A stretch of DNA of 64,000 nt, taken from Heptranchias perlo. Lineage: Eukaryota. Location of the stretch: NCBI RefSeq assembly GCF_035084215.1, contig NC_090348.1, positions 18,600,001 through 18,664,000 of the forward strand. Reading direction: 5' to 3'. The position numbers and the translations under genes are program-made. The notes under the pieces were generated by a model, which saw nothing but the letters and a program-made list of their open reading frames with translations, was not told where the DNA came from and did not search any database. Positions 26,277-39,221 of this stretch are shown one piece after another; the first letter of the stretch is position 1; each line of letters begins with the position of its first letter.

Positions 26277-26454
26277 AGTGAAGCATCACAATTAGGCAAC
26301 CTCTCCCATTCAGAATATCACAGGAGTTATGGTTTTAATAAATGCTTTCCCTCCAAAATTTCTGACTATTCAAGAGGAACTTCTATACCCAGAAATCTTG
26401 ATAAACCACTGAACTATCAGTACAGAGTGAAGAGTCAGGGCATTGGGACCTATA

Positions 26455-26651
26455 GGCGGTAACTTTCAACTTCACCAAAGGGGTAAAAACCGGTGCGATC
26501 GGATCGGCTACCCATTATATACCCCACCTGATTTTCCTTGCTGCTGACTTCAATAGAAAGAAAAGAAAAAAAAAATCGAGCAGGGTGTATAACAGGCAGC
26601 TGATCTGATTCCGCCAATTTTCCACCCTTGCCGAAGTTGAAAGTTACCCCC
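26455..26651. mobile_element. Foldback MITE (Harbinger-like)
   Basis: TIRs GGCGGTAACTTTCAACTTC / GAAGTTGAAAGTTACCCCC, with imperfect symmetry continuing to the centre. Flanks ATA/ATT. Confidence 0.75.
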
Positions 26652-26753
26652 ATTTTTTTTCATGTTGCCTTCCATATCCTGCTGGTGAAAATGCCCTAGT
26701 GATATAAACAGATTTTTTTTCTAAAAATGAAGGGGCAAGCTCTGAATGTACAG

Positions 26754-26972
26754 TGTTGTAAATTGGATAGCCGGAGAAGGATAGAATACTAGAGCCTGTT
26801 CTTCAGTTGCTTCCAAGCCTTTATTCACAGAGCTCCACATTACACTTACTTACACACACACACCACACCCTGGATAAGCTCTCTTATATATGGGTATGAG
26901 AGCCCCAATTGATACACACCACCTGAGTACAATTAACACTAATTGATATAAATCATATGGATATAATTAACA
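26754..26972 (-). mobile_element. Short solo LTR (219 bp, Gypsy/BEL-like)
   Basis: TGTT...AACA termini with exact 5-bp TSD TACAG (26749-26753, 26973-26977). Minus strand has TATATAA (~26887) upstream of AATAAA (~26822). Confidence 0.8.
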
Positions 26973-28969
26973 TACAGAGCTATGCTGAAAAGCAGTTGTG
27001 TACTATGAATTGAGTATAATATGTCAGTCATCATCAGATGAAGGACTTTGGGGGCTTGCACTTTTGTCCACGGGGGTTCATGTCATTGTTTAATCGCAGG
27101 TGGACGACTCACGGGATTTGACAAATGTCTCTGGACCCCAGCTCCGAAAGGTTGGACATCCCTGGTCTACATCAGAGATTTGGCTGGACTGTCATTTCTT
27201 TATAGGATCACAACTGGAGCAGAACCACATAACCTGTTAAGTACTTGTGGCAGACTTCCATGCTTACACCAGAAACATAAATTTGGCTGCAACTGCACAC
27301 TGACATTCTGTATCAATCCAAACCATCTGTACATAATATCAGCAGCAATGCTTCACGCAATGTCTTTCCTGCCACTGGAACCCTTTCTCGTCCTATTGCC
27401 CCTTAAAATGTTCGGCGCTGAGTTAACCATCACTTGCTGAACCATGGTTTCCAGAGCATTCTTCAGGCTACGGAAATATTGCTGACTTGCCCACTCTTAC
27501 AAAGTACCATTTCCCAAATTATTTTACAACTCCAACAACCGTAAGAGTCAAATCGGAGCGACATCTAACCCTTCTGTTATGCCAGCTAATATTTAAAAGA
27601 AGTAGATTCAAGATAAAAATGCATTTCGGCAATAAATAAGTTCATTATAAAGTCCAGCAGTAAACACATGAAAGATTTCTCTGCAAAAATATATAGAAAT
27701 ATTTCCAATATTATTTTATTTATGATGCAAAAGCTTACTATAGTCCTCAAAAGGACAAGTGTTATATACTGTAACAGAACACGATTTCCTTATTAAAGGA
27801 ATAAGACAATATTATAAACACATGTAATCAGTTGTTTCATTTGGACCCAAAAAAAAAGTTACATCACCACAACACAAGGAAATAACTAAATAGTAGAGCT
27901 GGTTATTTCATTTGCTTTTAGTCCAAAATAAAAGTTTTAAGTGAGTTGGAGAATATTCAATGTTTGCTTTTTTAAAAAAAAACATACTCTGATGGCACAG
28001 AAAATAGCAACCTTATGCTTTGTATTAGCTACATGACAATGTCTGGAATGCTAGCTACTCACAGACAGGTGCTGGACTAGACTACACACGGCTCTGTCAG
28101 CTGTTGAAATGGGAAAATAGGGCACTTCAATGATGCGTTCCTAATACAGGCCAAAAGGTCTGGCTCGCAAAGAAAATAGGCACCAAACATGCTTACATGC
28201 AACAACACAAATGACTGGGATCACAGAATATGCACGTGCTGTAACATCTAAGCATTTTAACATTTTCCCTGTACAGCAAGTACCATTTTTTTTTCAGTTT
28301 ATTGTAACTGCATACTAATAAATTAAGGGCTTTGAATTTCTCCCATATAGCAGTCAGAATTTGTGAATGCCCAAAACCATTTTTTGAAAGAAATGCCTTG
28401 ATGCATTTCCTTAGTAGTCTGTTTTCATGGGAGTCATGGGTATGAATCCATATTCAGTTCCAATTCCACTGATATAAAACCATTTGCCTGAGGTCATCCA
28501 AGAACTTTATATTATGAGACTGAAACCGCATTTCCCCGGACATTTTGTCCCCTATCTTAATGAGAAAAGAATGCAGAACAAACACATGAGAAATGAATTC
28601 TATGGGAAGTACCTGCATCAAAGGACAATGAAGCATACATTCCCTCAATTTTATTAAAAAAACGAAAAGGGGTCATGTAAAAAGGAACTCCCCGCCAATC
28701 CCTTCAAAGCTCCGTCCAACTGCAGATTCTCCAGGAATGTAGGTACATTACTCTATGTGTACTTCAATTTTTAAAGACAGCAAAGCTGATAATGCAAGAG
28801 GGTTACATGGAATTCAACTGAACAGATCAGAGAAGGAAAATAAAGGCAGAAGACATAAAGAAATCCTGATTACATCACTTTCCATTTCTCAGTCGGCTTT
28901 GTCCAATGCAAATCTCTCACTTGCCAGCCTGCATTACTCCTGCTCTCTTTTTATTCACTTTGATTCTTT

Positions 28970-30998
28970 GGGTTCCATTTTAGCACCCACTATCGGGTGC
29001 ACTCCTGGCGGGGGGGCTCCGAAAATCGGGGAATCCCGGAGCGGGTCGGGATCCCGGCTCCAACCCGCCCACTTCCGGGTTCCCCACAGACGCGCCTACG
29101 TGCGCGCGCAGCCCCCGCATGTGGGACTCCCGCAGGCAATTAAAGCCAGCGGGGTGCCACTTGAGAGTATTTACCTTGCTATTTCAGGTCATTAACAGAC
29201 CTGATTAAGGAAATATATCAGGAGGGGTGGGATTTTAGAAACAACTGGGACTGTTTCCCATACTGGGGGAAACAGTCCCAGTTGAAATAGACGTGTTGCA
29301 GCTATCAGCCTGTGGCAGCTGCAAAGGTCCATTTGACAGGTGGGGGGGGGGGGGGGGGGGGGAAGACCCTCACTCATTGCAGGAGGCCACTCTGTCACTT
29401 GGGACAAAGTTTGACCTCCACCACCCTCCTCCTGACAATCAAATTCACATGCACCTACCTTGTGGACCCCCTCAGATGTACATCTTCCGGATGGGGGCCG
29501 CCGTAGCTGCAGTCATGACCTCCTCGGAGGGCGAACAGCATCGCCAGCCTCGCCGGCCAAGCCGTCCACCTCTGACACGTGGAGTTCCACAACACTGTGC
29601 TGTGACACATCCACCTGCACAGCAGGAGGGAGGGCAACCGCAGAGAGAGATGCGTCGCAGAAGACAATACCCTCGCCACAAGGTCCACAGACCGAGGCTC
29701 AGCTTCCTGGACCTCTCTGAGCAGCAGTGCACACGGAGGCTCAGAGTCACTCGACATGTAGTCGTAGACATCTGCAGCCTCCTTCATGCCAAACTGCTCC
29801 CAGCTGGCCCGAGCACCATCTTCTTACCTGTCGCTGTCAAAGTCACCACTGCCCTCAACAACTTCTCCTCCGCATCATTCCAGGGTGCCACCGGGGACAT
29901 CGCCGACGTCTCTCAGTCGTCTGCACAAAAGAGCCCTGCAAATACACCTACACCCACTCTGCAGTGACACAATGGGTGGCATCAGGTGTGGGTCTTCATT
30001 GTGATCCTCAGGAAAGGGCATTATTGCACAAACCAGACAAGATTCGCAAAGACGTGGCAGTAGTGGTGCCAATATAATATGTGATGTGAGTTGATCAGAA
30101 ATTAAATAGAAGGAAAAACCATGACAAACCCTCAAACACCCTTGTGCATCCCCTTCATGCTCACAACACGTTTCCCTTACGATTCCTACTGCACATATGT
30201 GATGCATGCCCTGTGGCTGCAGCACAGGTAGTGGCAGGTTGAGTGCGGCTGACTGTGAAAGAGATGCACGAGAGGGTGAGTGTGAGATAGAGCCATGAGA
30301 TTGTATGAGGATTGGGTTGAGTGGTAGTGGCGGGATGAGTACTGGCGAGGTGAGTAAGTGCAGGTAAGATGAGGATGAGGTTTGAGTGGGTGTGAGGGGT
30401 GATGTGACAGAGTAGTGTTGGCAGTGCAGAAAGAGATGTGGAGTGGGTGATGTTGCAGACGGAGTGCAGGGGAATGAGTAAGTGTACTCACTTTGGCTGA
30501 CCTACTTAGGTCATTGCAGTGCCTCCTGCACTGTATGCAGGTGGGCGATATGTTGGTGGTGCAGGTGACCTCCTCTGCCACCTCGAGCCAGGCCTTCCTG
30601 GTGGCAGAGGCAGGCTGCTTCCTCCCGTCCGCCGGGGGGGAAGATCTCTGTCCTCCCCCTCCTCCTCACCCCATCTAATGATACCTGGAGTGAGGCATCA
30701 TTAAACCTGGGAGCAGCCTTCCCTCTGGGCTGCTCCATGCTGTATTTTTTCCTATTTCTTGCAGCATCTGTCATTGGAGGACTGCCCCTTTAAATAGAGC
30801 TCCTCCAGCTGACAGATCTTACTGCGCATGCGCAGTCCGCCCGACGCGCAGATCAGCAGTGGGGAACCCGGAAGACCAGGTAAGTGGATCCAATTAGGCT
30901 GCGATCGCGCGCGTGGCAGACTGATTTCTCCGGGCGCGTTACCCACGTGCCCAATAGCCCCCCCACCGCGAATCCGCAGCCCTGGCAATATCGAGCCC
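28970..30998 (+). mobile_element. Non-autonomous ~2 kb Harbinger derivative, copy A
   Basis: Termini GGGTTCCATTTT / AATATCGAGCCC, TSD TTT. Transposase N-terminus RLSFLDLSEQQCTRRLR..LPVAVKVTTALNNFSSASFQGATGDIADVSQS. Minus-strand Myb exon 30738-30492: MEQPRGKAAPRFNDASL..AWLEVAEEV..QCRRHCNDL. Confidence 0.9.
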
Positions 30999-31291
30999 TT
31001 TCTCTTTGCTTCACTCTGTTTTTTGTTGCTTTGACTCCATGTTACTCATTCTGCCCCTCAATCTATTTCTGTCAGCTTGTTTTCCTATGGATACACCTAT
31101 AACCATCTTCTCTCGATCCCCCTCCCTCCACAAACATAAAATGATCAGCTCCATCTAATCTTCTATTCACAACAAAAGAAAACTAAAAGAAAAATGCAAT
31201 CTTGTAAACTGCAAACAGTAACTTCCAGATCTTCACTGGAGAGAAGTCTCTAAACCCCAAATACAAGACATTTACATTCTCTTTTTTTCTT

Positions 31292-31725
31292 AAAGACTTG
31301 CATTTTATATTGCACCTTTCACATCCTCAGGATATCCCAAAGCACTTTACAGCCAATGAAGTAGTTTTGAAGTGTAGTCACTGTTGTGATGTAGGAAACA
31401 CGGCAGTCAATTTGCACAGCAAGCTCCCTCAAGCAACAATTAAATAAATGACCAAGTCATCTGTTTTAGTGACATTGGTTGAGGGTTAAATTTTAGCCAG
31501 GACAATGGGGAGAACTCCCCTGCTCTTTTTCAATTAGTGCCGTGGGATCTTTTATGTCTAACTGAGAGAATAGACGGAGCCTCAATTTAACGCCTCATCC
31601 AAAAGATGGCACCTCCCTCAGTACTGCACTGAAGCGCTGGCCAAGATTATGTGCTCAGTTTCTGGAGTGGGGCTCCAACACACAACCTTCTGACTCTGAG
31701 CGAGACTGCTACCATTAAGCAAAGG
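31292..31725 (-). mobile_element. SacSINE1/DeuSINE-like SINE
   Basis: Reverse-complement match over the full length to 11866-12300. Confidence 0.85.
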
Positions 31726-33124
31726 ATCACACTTTAGTAGGAGGTGGAGGAGAAACAAATCAAATCTCATCAGATTAGAAATTTACCATCCATACTTAGA
31801 GAAATTAAAAGGGTGCATTCAGCCAATTATAAAGAAATAAACTTACTTCAAATTAATTGGGCCTCAAGGTCAACAGCACTGCAACAGTCAGTCTTGTCTA
31901 AAGACTGCATTAAGAGCACGGCGAATGTGTTTGAAGATCAAAGAAAATATAATTCACTCAGTTTTATTTTGAAAAAAACAATTGAGTTTTAAATTTAAGG
32001 AATTTCATGTTCCTTAATGTATTAAAAACTGCCTAGCTTTAACAGGTAAGGTTGCACAATTTATATACAATGTTTAAGAATACAATTTGGCCGAAAGTTG
32101 AACCCTGAAGTATTCCTTTAAAAATTGTAATGTGCCTAAATTGACATTGGTAGTAGAATTGCCAATATAGCGATCCACCACCAATCTGCATTTTTTTTAA
32201 AAAGTTATATAAGCAGATCATCTTGCTTTCTCATCATGGTACAATGCAGCCTCACTTCATGTGTCCTGATATCATTCTCTGTGATAGATGGGAGAGGCAT
32301 CAACAAACTATAAAGCATTACGTTTGTAAAAAAACAACTATCTGGAAGTAAATTATAAACTTCTTTTTAAAAAAATGCATTTAATAGAAAAGGAAATACA
32401 AAGTAAAATACATTGCTACTTTAAATCAGTTTTAAATTTTTACAACTCTTGCTTTGATACCTCTATTTCTTTCCCATCTCCACTCCCTCCCACATTTCTA
32501 ATCAGAACTCCTGTATTTCTCATCCTTTTGTGTTACTGAGGCCTTTCCACCTTGTCTGCAGCACTAGCTGCTCTATTGAGACATCACTGGTAAGCCAGAA
32601 AACCAGAGCCAAATTCTTGAATTTTACACTTTCTAGTTCCCTTGCTCGCCAACAGTGTCACTGTTGGGCATAATGACATCAGGACAGTGCCCACTGCTGC
32701 AAAAGAGGAAAATTCAGCCAGCACGGCAGCACCAGAAGAGGCAGCAGCATTTATAAGGGGTGGAAGAGACCCCAAGGGGACGAGAACATTTACAAATAGG
32801 TTAGAAGGGACAGCCTGCGGCTATCCTAATGGAGACGGTGTTTGGGAGGGGGGGGGCGGCGGGAGGTGGGGTGGGGGGGGGGAAGAGAAAGAGGGAAATC
32901 AAGATCCGGGCAGGAACCCAATGGTAGGACTTACCCCCCCAATTTTCCACCCCTTCCCATATTATCCGATTGCCAATGGGGTTGAGGAGGAAAATCCACC
33001 CAAAACCATTTTGAATGTTGGACTATAACTCAGCATCGCTGGCTCGCATGAATTGAGAAACCTTCTTCCAACTCTATTGTATACTCAAAAGTAAAATGAC
33101 AGAATTTTCTTTTGCAAACACATT

Positions 33125-35175
33125 GGGCTCGATTTTAGGGTCGGGTTTCCTGTGGGTTTCCAGCGGGAGGGCCCCAAAAATCCCGATATGAGGTCACGTG
33201 ACCGGATCGCGCCGCGATCCCGACCACTTCCGGGTTCCCCGATGACGTGCGGGGCTGCGTGCGTGGCCCCCGCTGGTGGGAATCCCGCAGGCACTTAAAG
33301 CCAGCGGGGTTCCACTTGAGAGTACTTACCTTGCTTGTTGAGGTCATTTAATGAGCTGAATCAGCTGTCAAAAGAGGAAGTGTGGCATTTTACCTGCATC
33401 GCAGACTGTTTCACACACTGGGGGAAACAGTCTCTCTCCAACCAGGCGTGTTGCAGCCAGCAGCCTGTGGCAGCTGCCAAGGTGCACTCCACGGGGGAGA
33501 GCCCTCACCCACGCAGGAGGCCACTGCGTCACATAGGGCAACCCCTGCCCCCCACCACCCCCCGCCAAGCCAGAGGACAGACCGACACGAAACCGCAGCC
33601 CCAGTCCGAGGAACCACCCACCTACCCTGCACAACCCCTCAGACCAACACCTGCCAGATGGGTGGTGCGTGGACACCCTCGGAGGACGAACAGCATGACC
33701 AGCCCCAGCAGCCTCGCAGTCCACGCCGTCCGCCGCAGAGACGTGGAGCCCCCCAACACGGTATTGTTGCACGCCCACCTGCACAGCAGGAGGGAGGGCT
33801 ACCGCAGAGAGAGACGCATCGCAGAGGGCACTACCCTCGCCACATGGTCCACAGACCGAGGCGAAGCTCCCCGGACCTCTCCAAGCAGCAGTGCACACGG
33901 AGGCGCAGATTCGCTCGACATGTAGTCGTGGAGATCTGCAGGCTCTTCCATGCCGAGCTGCTCCTGGCTGGCCCCAGCACCAAGTGCTTACCTGTCGCTG
34001 CCAAAGTCACCACTGCCCTCCACAACTTCTCCTCCGCATCCTTCCAGTTTGCAGCCGGCTACACCGCCGATGTCTCTCAGTGGTCTGCGCGGAAGAGCCC
34101 TGCAAATACACCTGCACCTACTCTGCAGTAACCCGATGGGTGGCATCAGTGGTGGCTCCTTATAGTGATACCCAGGAGCGGGCATTATTGGACACAACAG
34201 ACAGGATTCACGGAGACATGGCAGTGGTGGTGCCATTATAATGTGTGCTGTTTGTTGCTCTGAAATTCAATATAGGTAACACCCATGGCAAACCCTCCGA
34301 CACCCTTGTGCACCCCCTTCATGCTCACGAAACATTTGCCTTACGCTGCCTACTGCACATATGTGATGCATGCCCTGTGGCTGCAGCACAGGTGGTGGCA
34401 GGTTGAGTGAGGCTGGCCGTGAGGGAGATGCACGAGAGGGTGAGTATGGGATAGAGCCATGAGATTGTATGAGGATTGGGTCGCGTGTTAGTGGCAGGAG
34501 GAGTACTGGCGAGGTGAGTAGGTGGAGGTAAGATGAGGATGGGGTTTGAGTGGGTATGAGGGGTGATGTGACAGAGTAGTGTTGGCGGTGCCGAAGGAGA
34601 TGTGGGGTTGGGGCAGTGTTGTGGCAGATGGAGTGTAGGGGAAAGACTTCGTGTTCTCACTGTGGCTGACCTACTGAGGTCATTGCAGCGCCTCCTGCAC
34701 TGTATGCAGGTGGGCGATATGTTGGTTGCACAGGTGACCCCCTCTGCCACCTCGAGCCAAGCCTTCTTGGTGGCAGAGGCAGGCCGCTTCCTCCCGCCCG
34801 CCGGGTGGAAGATCTCTGTCTTCGCCCTCCTCCTCACCCCATCTGATGATACCTGGGGTGAGGCATCATTAAACTGGGAGCAGCCTTCCCCCTGGGCTGC
34901 TCCATGCTGAAATTTGTTCCATTGGTTGCAGCATCTGTCAGTGGAGGACTGCCCCTTTAACTAGAGAGCCTCCAGCTGACAGATCGTACTGCGCATGCGC
35001 AGCCCGCCCGACGCGCAGACCAGCAGCGTGGACCCCGGAGGAGCAGGTAATTGATTCCTATTAGTGTGTTGCCTGCTACGATCGCGCGGGCAACCCACTA
35101 ATTTCACCGAGCGTGTTGACCACGCTCCCGAAACCCAACCCGCCGGAAACCCGCAGGCCTGGTAACATCGAGCCC
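33125..35175 (+). mobile_element. Non-autonomous ~2 kb Harbinger derivative, copy B
   Basis: TIRs GGGCTCGAT / ATCGAGCCC, exact TSD ATT (33122-33124, 35176-35178). Collinear with copy A. Myb exon 34905-34661 reads RKRPASATKKAWLEVAEGV..QCRRRCNDL. Confidence 0.92.
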
Positions 35176-35730
35176 ATTGATTCTGAAGCACTTTGGGATG
35201 CCCTGAGGACATGAAAGGTGCCATATAAATGCTACTTCTTAAATAAAGTACACAATTTCAGTGCTCATTTTTCTCCATCAATTCCCTTATTTTACATAAT
35301 CCTGACAGGAGTACATATACAAGCAAGTAATTCCAGATCGATGAGACTTCCAGTGCCCAAGTTGCAGACTTTTTGCTGTAGCTTGGGTGTGTTCTGCCTG
35401 TCTCTTGCTGCTGAGCAGTAAGGAGTCCTCTCCTAGGGATATCACCATACTGAATGGCTGTGGTTAAACGCTATACCAAAATTACTCCTTCCCAAAGTTC
35501 CTCGGCTCCGTTTCACAGAGTATCTCCTGCTTCTACTTGCTGCAGCGAATGATAGAGAAAAGCAGAGATTTTTCTGTGACAAATGGAAGACTGGGCAGGC
35601 ACCACCACCCAGTGTCCAACGCTGCTTGCTTGGGAGATGGGAGCACGTGAGAAACTTGAGATTAACTGCAACCACACACTCCAAAATGCAGGGATAGGGG
35701 AGGAAATTAGGGTGTTTATTAAATTACGAC

Positions 35731-35753
35731 AGAGAGAGAGAGAGAGAGAGAGA
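35731..35753. repeat. (AG)n microsatellite
   Basis: Directly visible. Confidence 0.9.
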
Positions 35754-37709
35754 TGTATGAAGGGATCAAAGGGCTAGAGGAAAAAAAAGCAGATGGTAAC
35801 CCCTTGTTTCGACATTGCATTTTTTCAATTGAGAAATCAAATTGAAGACCAAGCCCCAAAAACCAGGATATCACCAAGATTGAAAACAGTAAAAATAGAA
35901 CACAAGATAAATCAGAAAGTGGTAATTAGGTGAAGCAAAGTTTAGGTTTTAAAAACCTTAAGACTGTAAGAAGGATAGGCTTAGGGAGGAAAGGAGTGTG
36001 ACAGATTGGAGATGTCTCCTTTTATTTCATAAAATACTTTTTTTTTGTTATTTTAGAATATGTTTATGACCACTTCGATTTGGTTACTGCTCTCACTGAG
36101 CACAAGCTAGCCAGCTGAAAAAACACATCTGTGGTTCATATTTATGTGACAGTTGTTTTTTTTTCTGTGATGGCTTTAATTACACTTAAGGGAAGTTTGC
36201 ATGATTCACAGACAAGATATGGGAGATGGAAACTTTCTCATCCTATTGTTCGCAAGTTCCAACCACACTCGGTCAGTCGCAACTGTCTGTTTGACCTGGC
36301 AACTAATTAGTTAAGCGGATAAAGGATTAACAGATAGTTTTCATGCTTTCTCTGTCCAGAAAAATGCAATTGTTCAAAAGTTTGATTATCAGTCTGCAAG
36401 AAGGAGAACAAGCTATTTGTTTGGGATTGCTGACCCACCAGGGATAGGAGTGCAATGCTGCAGCAATTTAATGCTGGGCTTGTACATCACCAGCATCCAG
36501 GTTATTTTTTCTACACGCTGTAAATGGAATTATTGCTTTGATTCAAGAACTGAGTTCAAATTCATCAGGATGGCATTATTGTTTTGGTAATATGAATAAA
36601 TAAAAAGAAGAAAAATATTTTGAGACTCTGACGGGTGACTCTAAACATGTCTGTTTCAAGTGTAGAATTTCAATATACCAAATGATGGTTCATAAGGTAT
36701 TCAATGACTTGGATTTTAGTTTATCGTGCACAAAGTAGTCACTTCACTGCCAAATTTCATTTATACCTTGCTTATAGTGGCAAATGAGGGCTTAATATGT
36801 CTAGAATGCTGAACAAAATCTGGACAGCAGGAGTCAGGCTATTTATTTTCTTGTATCTGCTTTGTTAATACAACCACACCAGAGTTTAAAATGCAGCAAT
36901 TTAATTGGCAGCAGGGAGAAACTCTGAATGTAGCTCTGAGCACAGCTGGAGCACAGCAATGGAAGGAGATATTAGAAATCAGATTTTCAGTATAGCATAT
37001 TTTTGTTTGAACTGAATTGGTGAAAAGTTAAATGGGCTATGGCACAAAGATTTGCAAATTTGTTCATTTTTTAAAAAAAAGTTTGTAATGATGGTCTAAA
37101 TTTCATGGCAAATTAGTTGCGTGTTCATCACAAATAAGCTGCATCAGCATTTTAATGCTTTCTTCATGTTCTATTTCAGAGGATTTTAAAATGACAGAAG
37201 CAAAAAAAAATGCTGTACACATTCTAAGGCATGAAAAATGTTAGTCTCAAATTAAGGCCCATATTTCTAAAACAGTGACACTTTTACCTTGTACCAACAA
37301 ATCCTCTACTCCATCGTTTTTTTTCTCCACTGTTTACATGGTTCTACTACTCCATATGTGCAGCACTGCTTTAAAAAAATTATTTGAAACCAGTTAATCC
37401 GCATTAATCTGTGAAATCCAGCTTGAATCAAGACAGATGCAAGTATGTTTTATTAACCGCTTTATGTAATTTTCCTTTAGAATGATACAATTCCCTTACA
37501 GCATGTACCACAATCCTCCCAGCAGAAAAATAATTCAATTTATAACGTGTAGGAAGAAATAGCCAAGAAAATTAAAATCTTTATCCTTCTGTACATGTAT
37601 GGTAACATGGTGAAGATGTGACATCTCAAAGCAATTTCAGCTGATATTTAAGGCTACAAAAATACAAATAAATTCAAGAAACAAGAACAGAACAAACTGA
37701 AACATTGAT

Positions 37710-37823
37710 GTCAGTCAGCATCTACAGGGAGAGTTAACATTTCAGGTAAAATCCTTTAGCAGTTCTAATGAAGAATTAGATCCAAAACATTAACTTGTTT
37801 ATTCTCTGCGGATGTTGACTGAC
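37710..37823. mobile_element. Old inverted pair of Penelope-like pLTR ends
   Basis: Arms gtcagtcagcatct..gttaacatttc and aaaacattaac..ggatgttgactgac. Centre ctaatgaag..ccaaaacatt looks like an eroded CUGAUGA..CGAAACGUU. Confidence 0.45.
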
Positions 37824-38216
37824 TTTTCGGTACACGTGTGTCAATTTTTTTCCCACTACAAATTCTTATCTCAAACCTCTTGCCCTGAAATTGCATAATC
37901 TGCCCACTGGGTTGTTATACCCATAAATCGTTCAAAATTCTTTCTGAAAAATTTTTCCCCAGAAAATGTTTCATCTGGCATTTTCTCAGAAACTCACTTT
38001 TCTGTCCAAAATAAGAATTTAAACAAGATTTTAAAAATTACATATTTCACAATAACGTTTGTCTTTTCAAATGGTCAGCAAAACGCAAGATAATTAACTT
38101 CAAAATGCAACTATTATTGCAAATTAAATATTAGCATGATGAAAGACACTCAGCTTAATATGCTTTCTGAAGTTTATAAAACAAAGAGGTACAAGTGTAC
38201 AATCAGCACACTAATT

Positions 38217-38222
<6 letters not shown>

Positions 38223-38253
<31 letters not shown>
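38223..38253. repeat. (CA)n microsatellite
   Basis: Directly visible. Confidence 0.95.
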
Positions 38254-38255
<2 letters not shown>

Positions 38256-39221
38256 GTTCTTTTTAAAAAACTCATACAAACTTTACCTGAATAAAACTAC
38301 TGAACTTTTTCCTCTAGCTTTTTTCAAATAACTTTGAGAAAACAATGGAACAGAAAATGCTAGATGATGAAATGAATTCCATTAATACAGCTGACTTAAA
38401 GATACTGATGAACCATAGGAAATTAGGTACACTGCACATGCTCAGACTGCACAAAGTCAAAGCTCTGGGCAAAAATATCAATTCCAAGCACAGGCTGTCA
38501 GGAGAGGTTGAGGCCGTGAAGTAAGAACTTTAATGAAAGCATTAAAAGGTAATTCAATGGTTAAAATGTAATCATTTTGCAAAATATGTAATTTTTTGAC
38601 ATTTTTATTTTGTTTAAAACTTTATTTTGTACATTCGAAATTTTTAGTTACTGAGAAAAATAGCAGACCAAAACAAATTCTGGAAGTATTTCAGCACTTT
38701 GTAGAAACCCAGTGGCCAGATTGTGCAATTGGATTGTGAGGGGTTTACGGAAGTGGTTTCTATTATAAATGTGGAGATATAAATTTATAATGGAACAATG
38801 TTGACACAAGTGTGATGAAGAGTGACAACAGGAAGTAAGGTTTTGTGGAGGAAGAGTCGCAAAAGTATGATTTTTTTTTAATAAGATATAGATACAAGTA
38901 TCATGCAAGTCAAGTCATAAATAGCCATAATATCAAAATAGCCTCAAATGCCTTTGCTATACCTCACCTGCCAAAGGGAACGACGTGCATTGCGTGATGT
39001 TAACTCAGGTTAGGCTGGCTACACACATATATATAGAGGAATAGGAAAGTCCATGACAAGCATTTTCCTTTCTAAGGTAATATTTTATTTAGCAGCTATA
39101 TGAAAGATCAATCTCTCCGAAGTTTCTAATAATCCTAGAAATTATGCAGTCTCAACAGGACAAGTCAACCCCCATTCTTCATCCACTCCCTTCCTCAGAG
39201 ATTCCCTGCCTCATTGCTCAT

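Noticed and set aside
28760-28870. Strong minus-strand polypyrimidine tract and AG
   Set aside because: All three frames stop quickly and there is no convincing donor.
32590-33001. 128-aa ORF and G-rich tract (possible G-quadruplex)
   Set aside because: Looks like a decayed MITE-type repeat with poly-G runs; termini could not be defined. Similar undefinable remnants lie at ~11460-11780, 12600-12720, 13170-13310, 16380-16680, 44330-44780 and 52520-53000.
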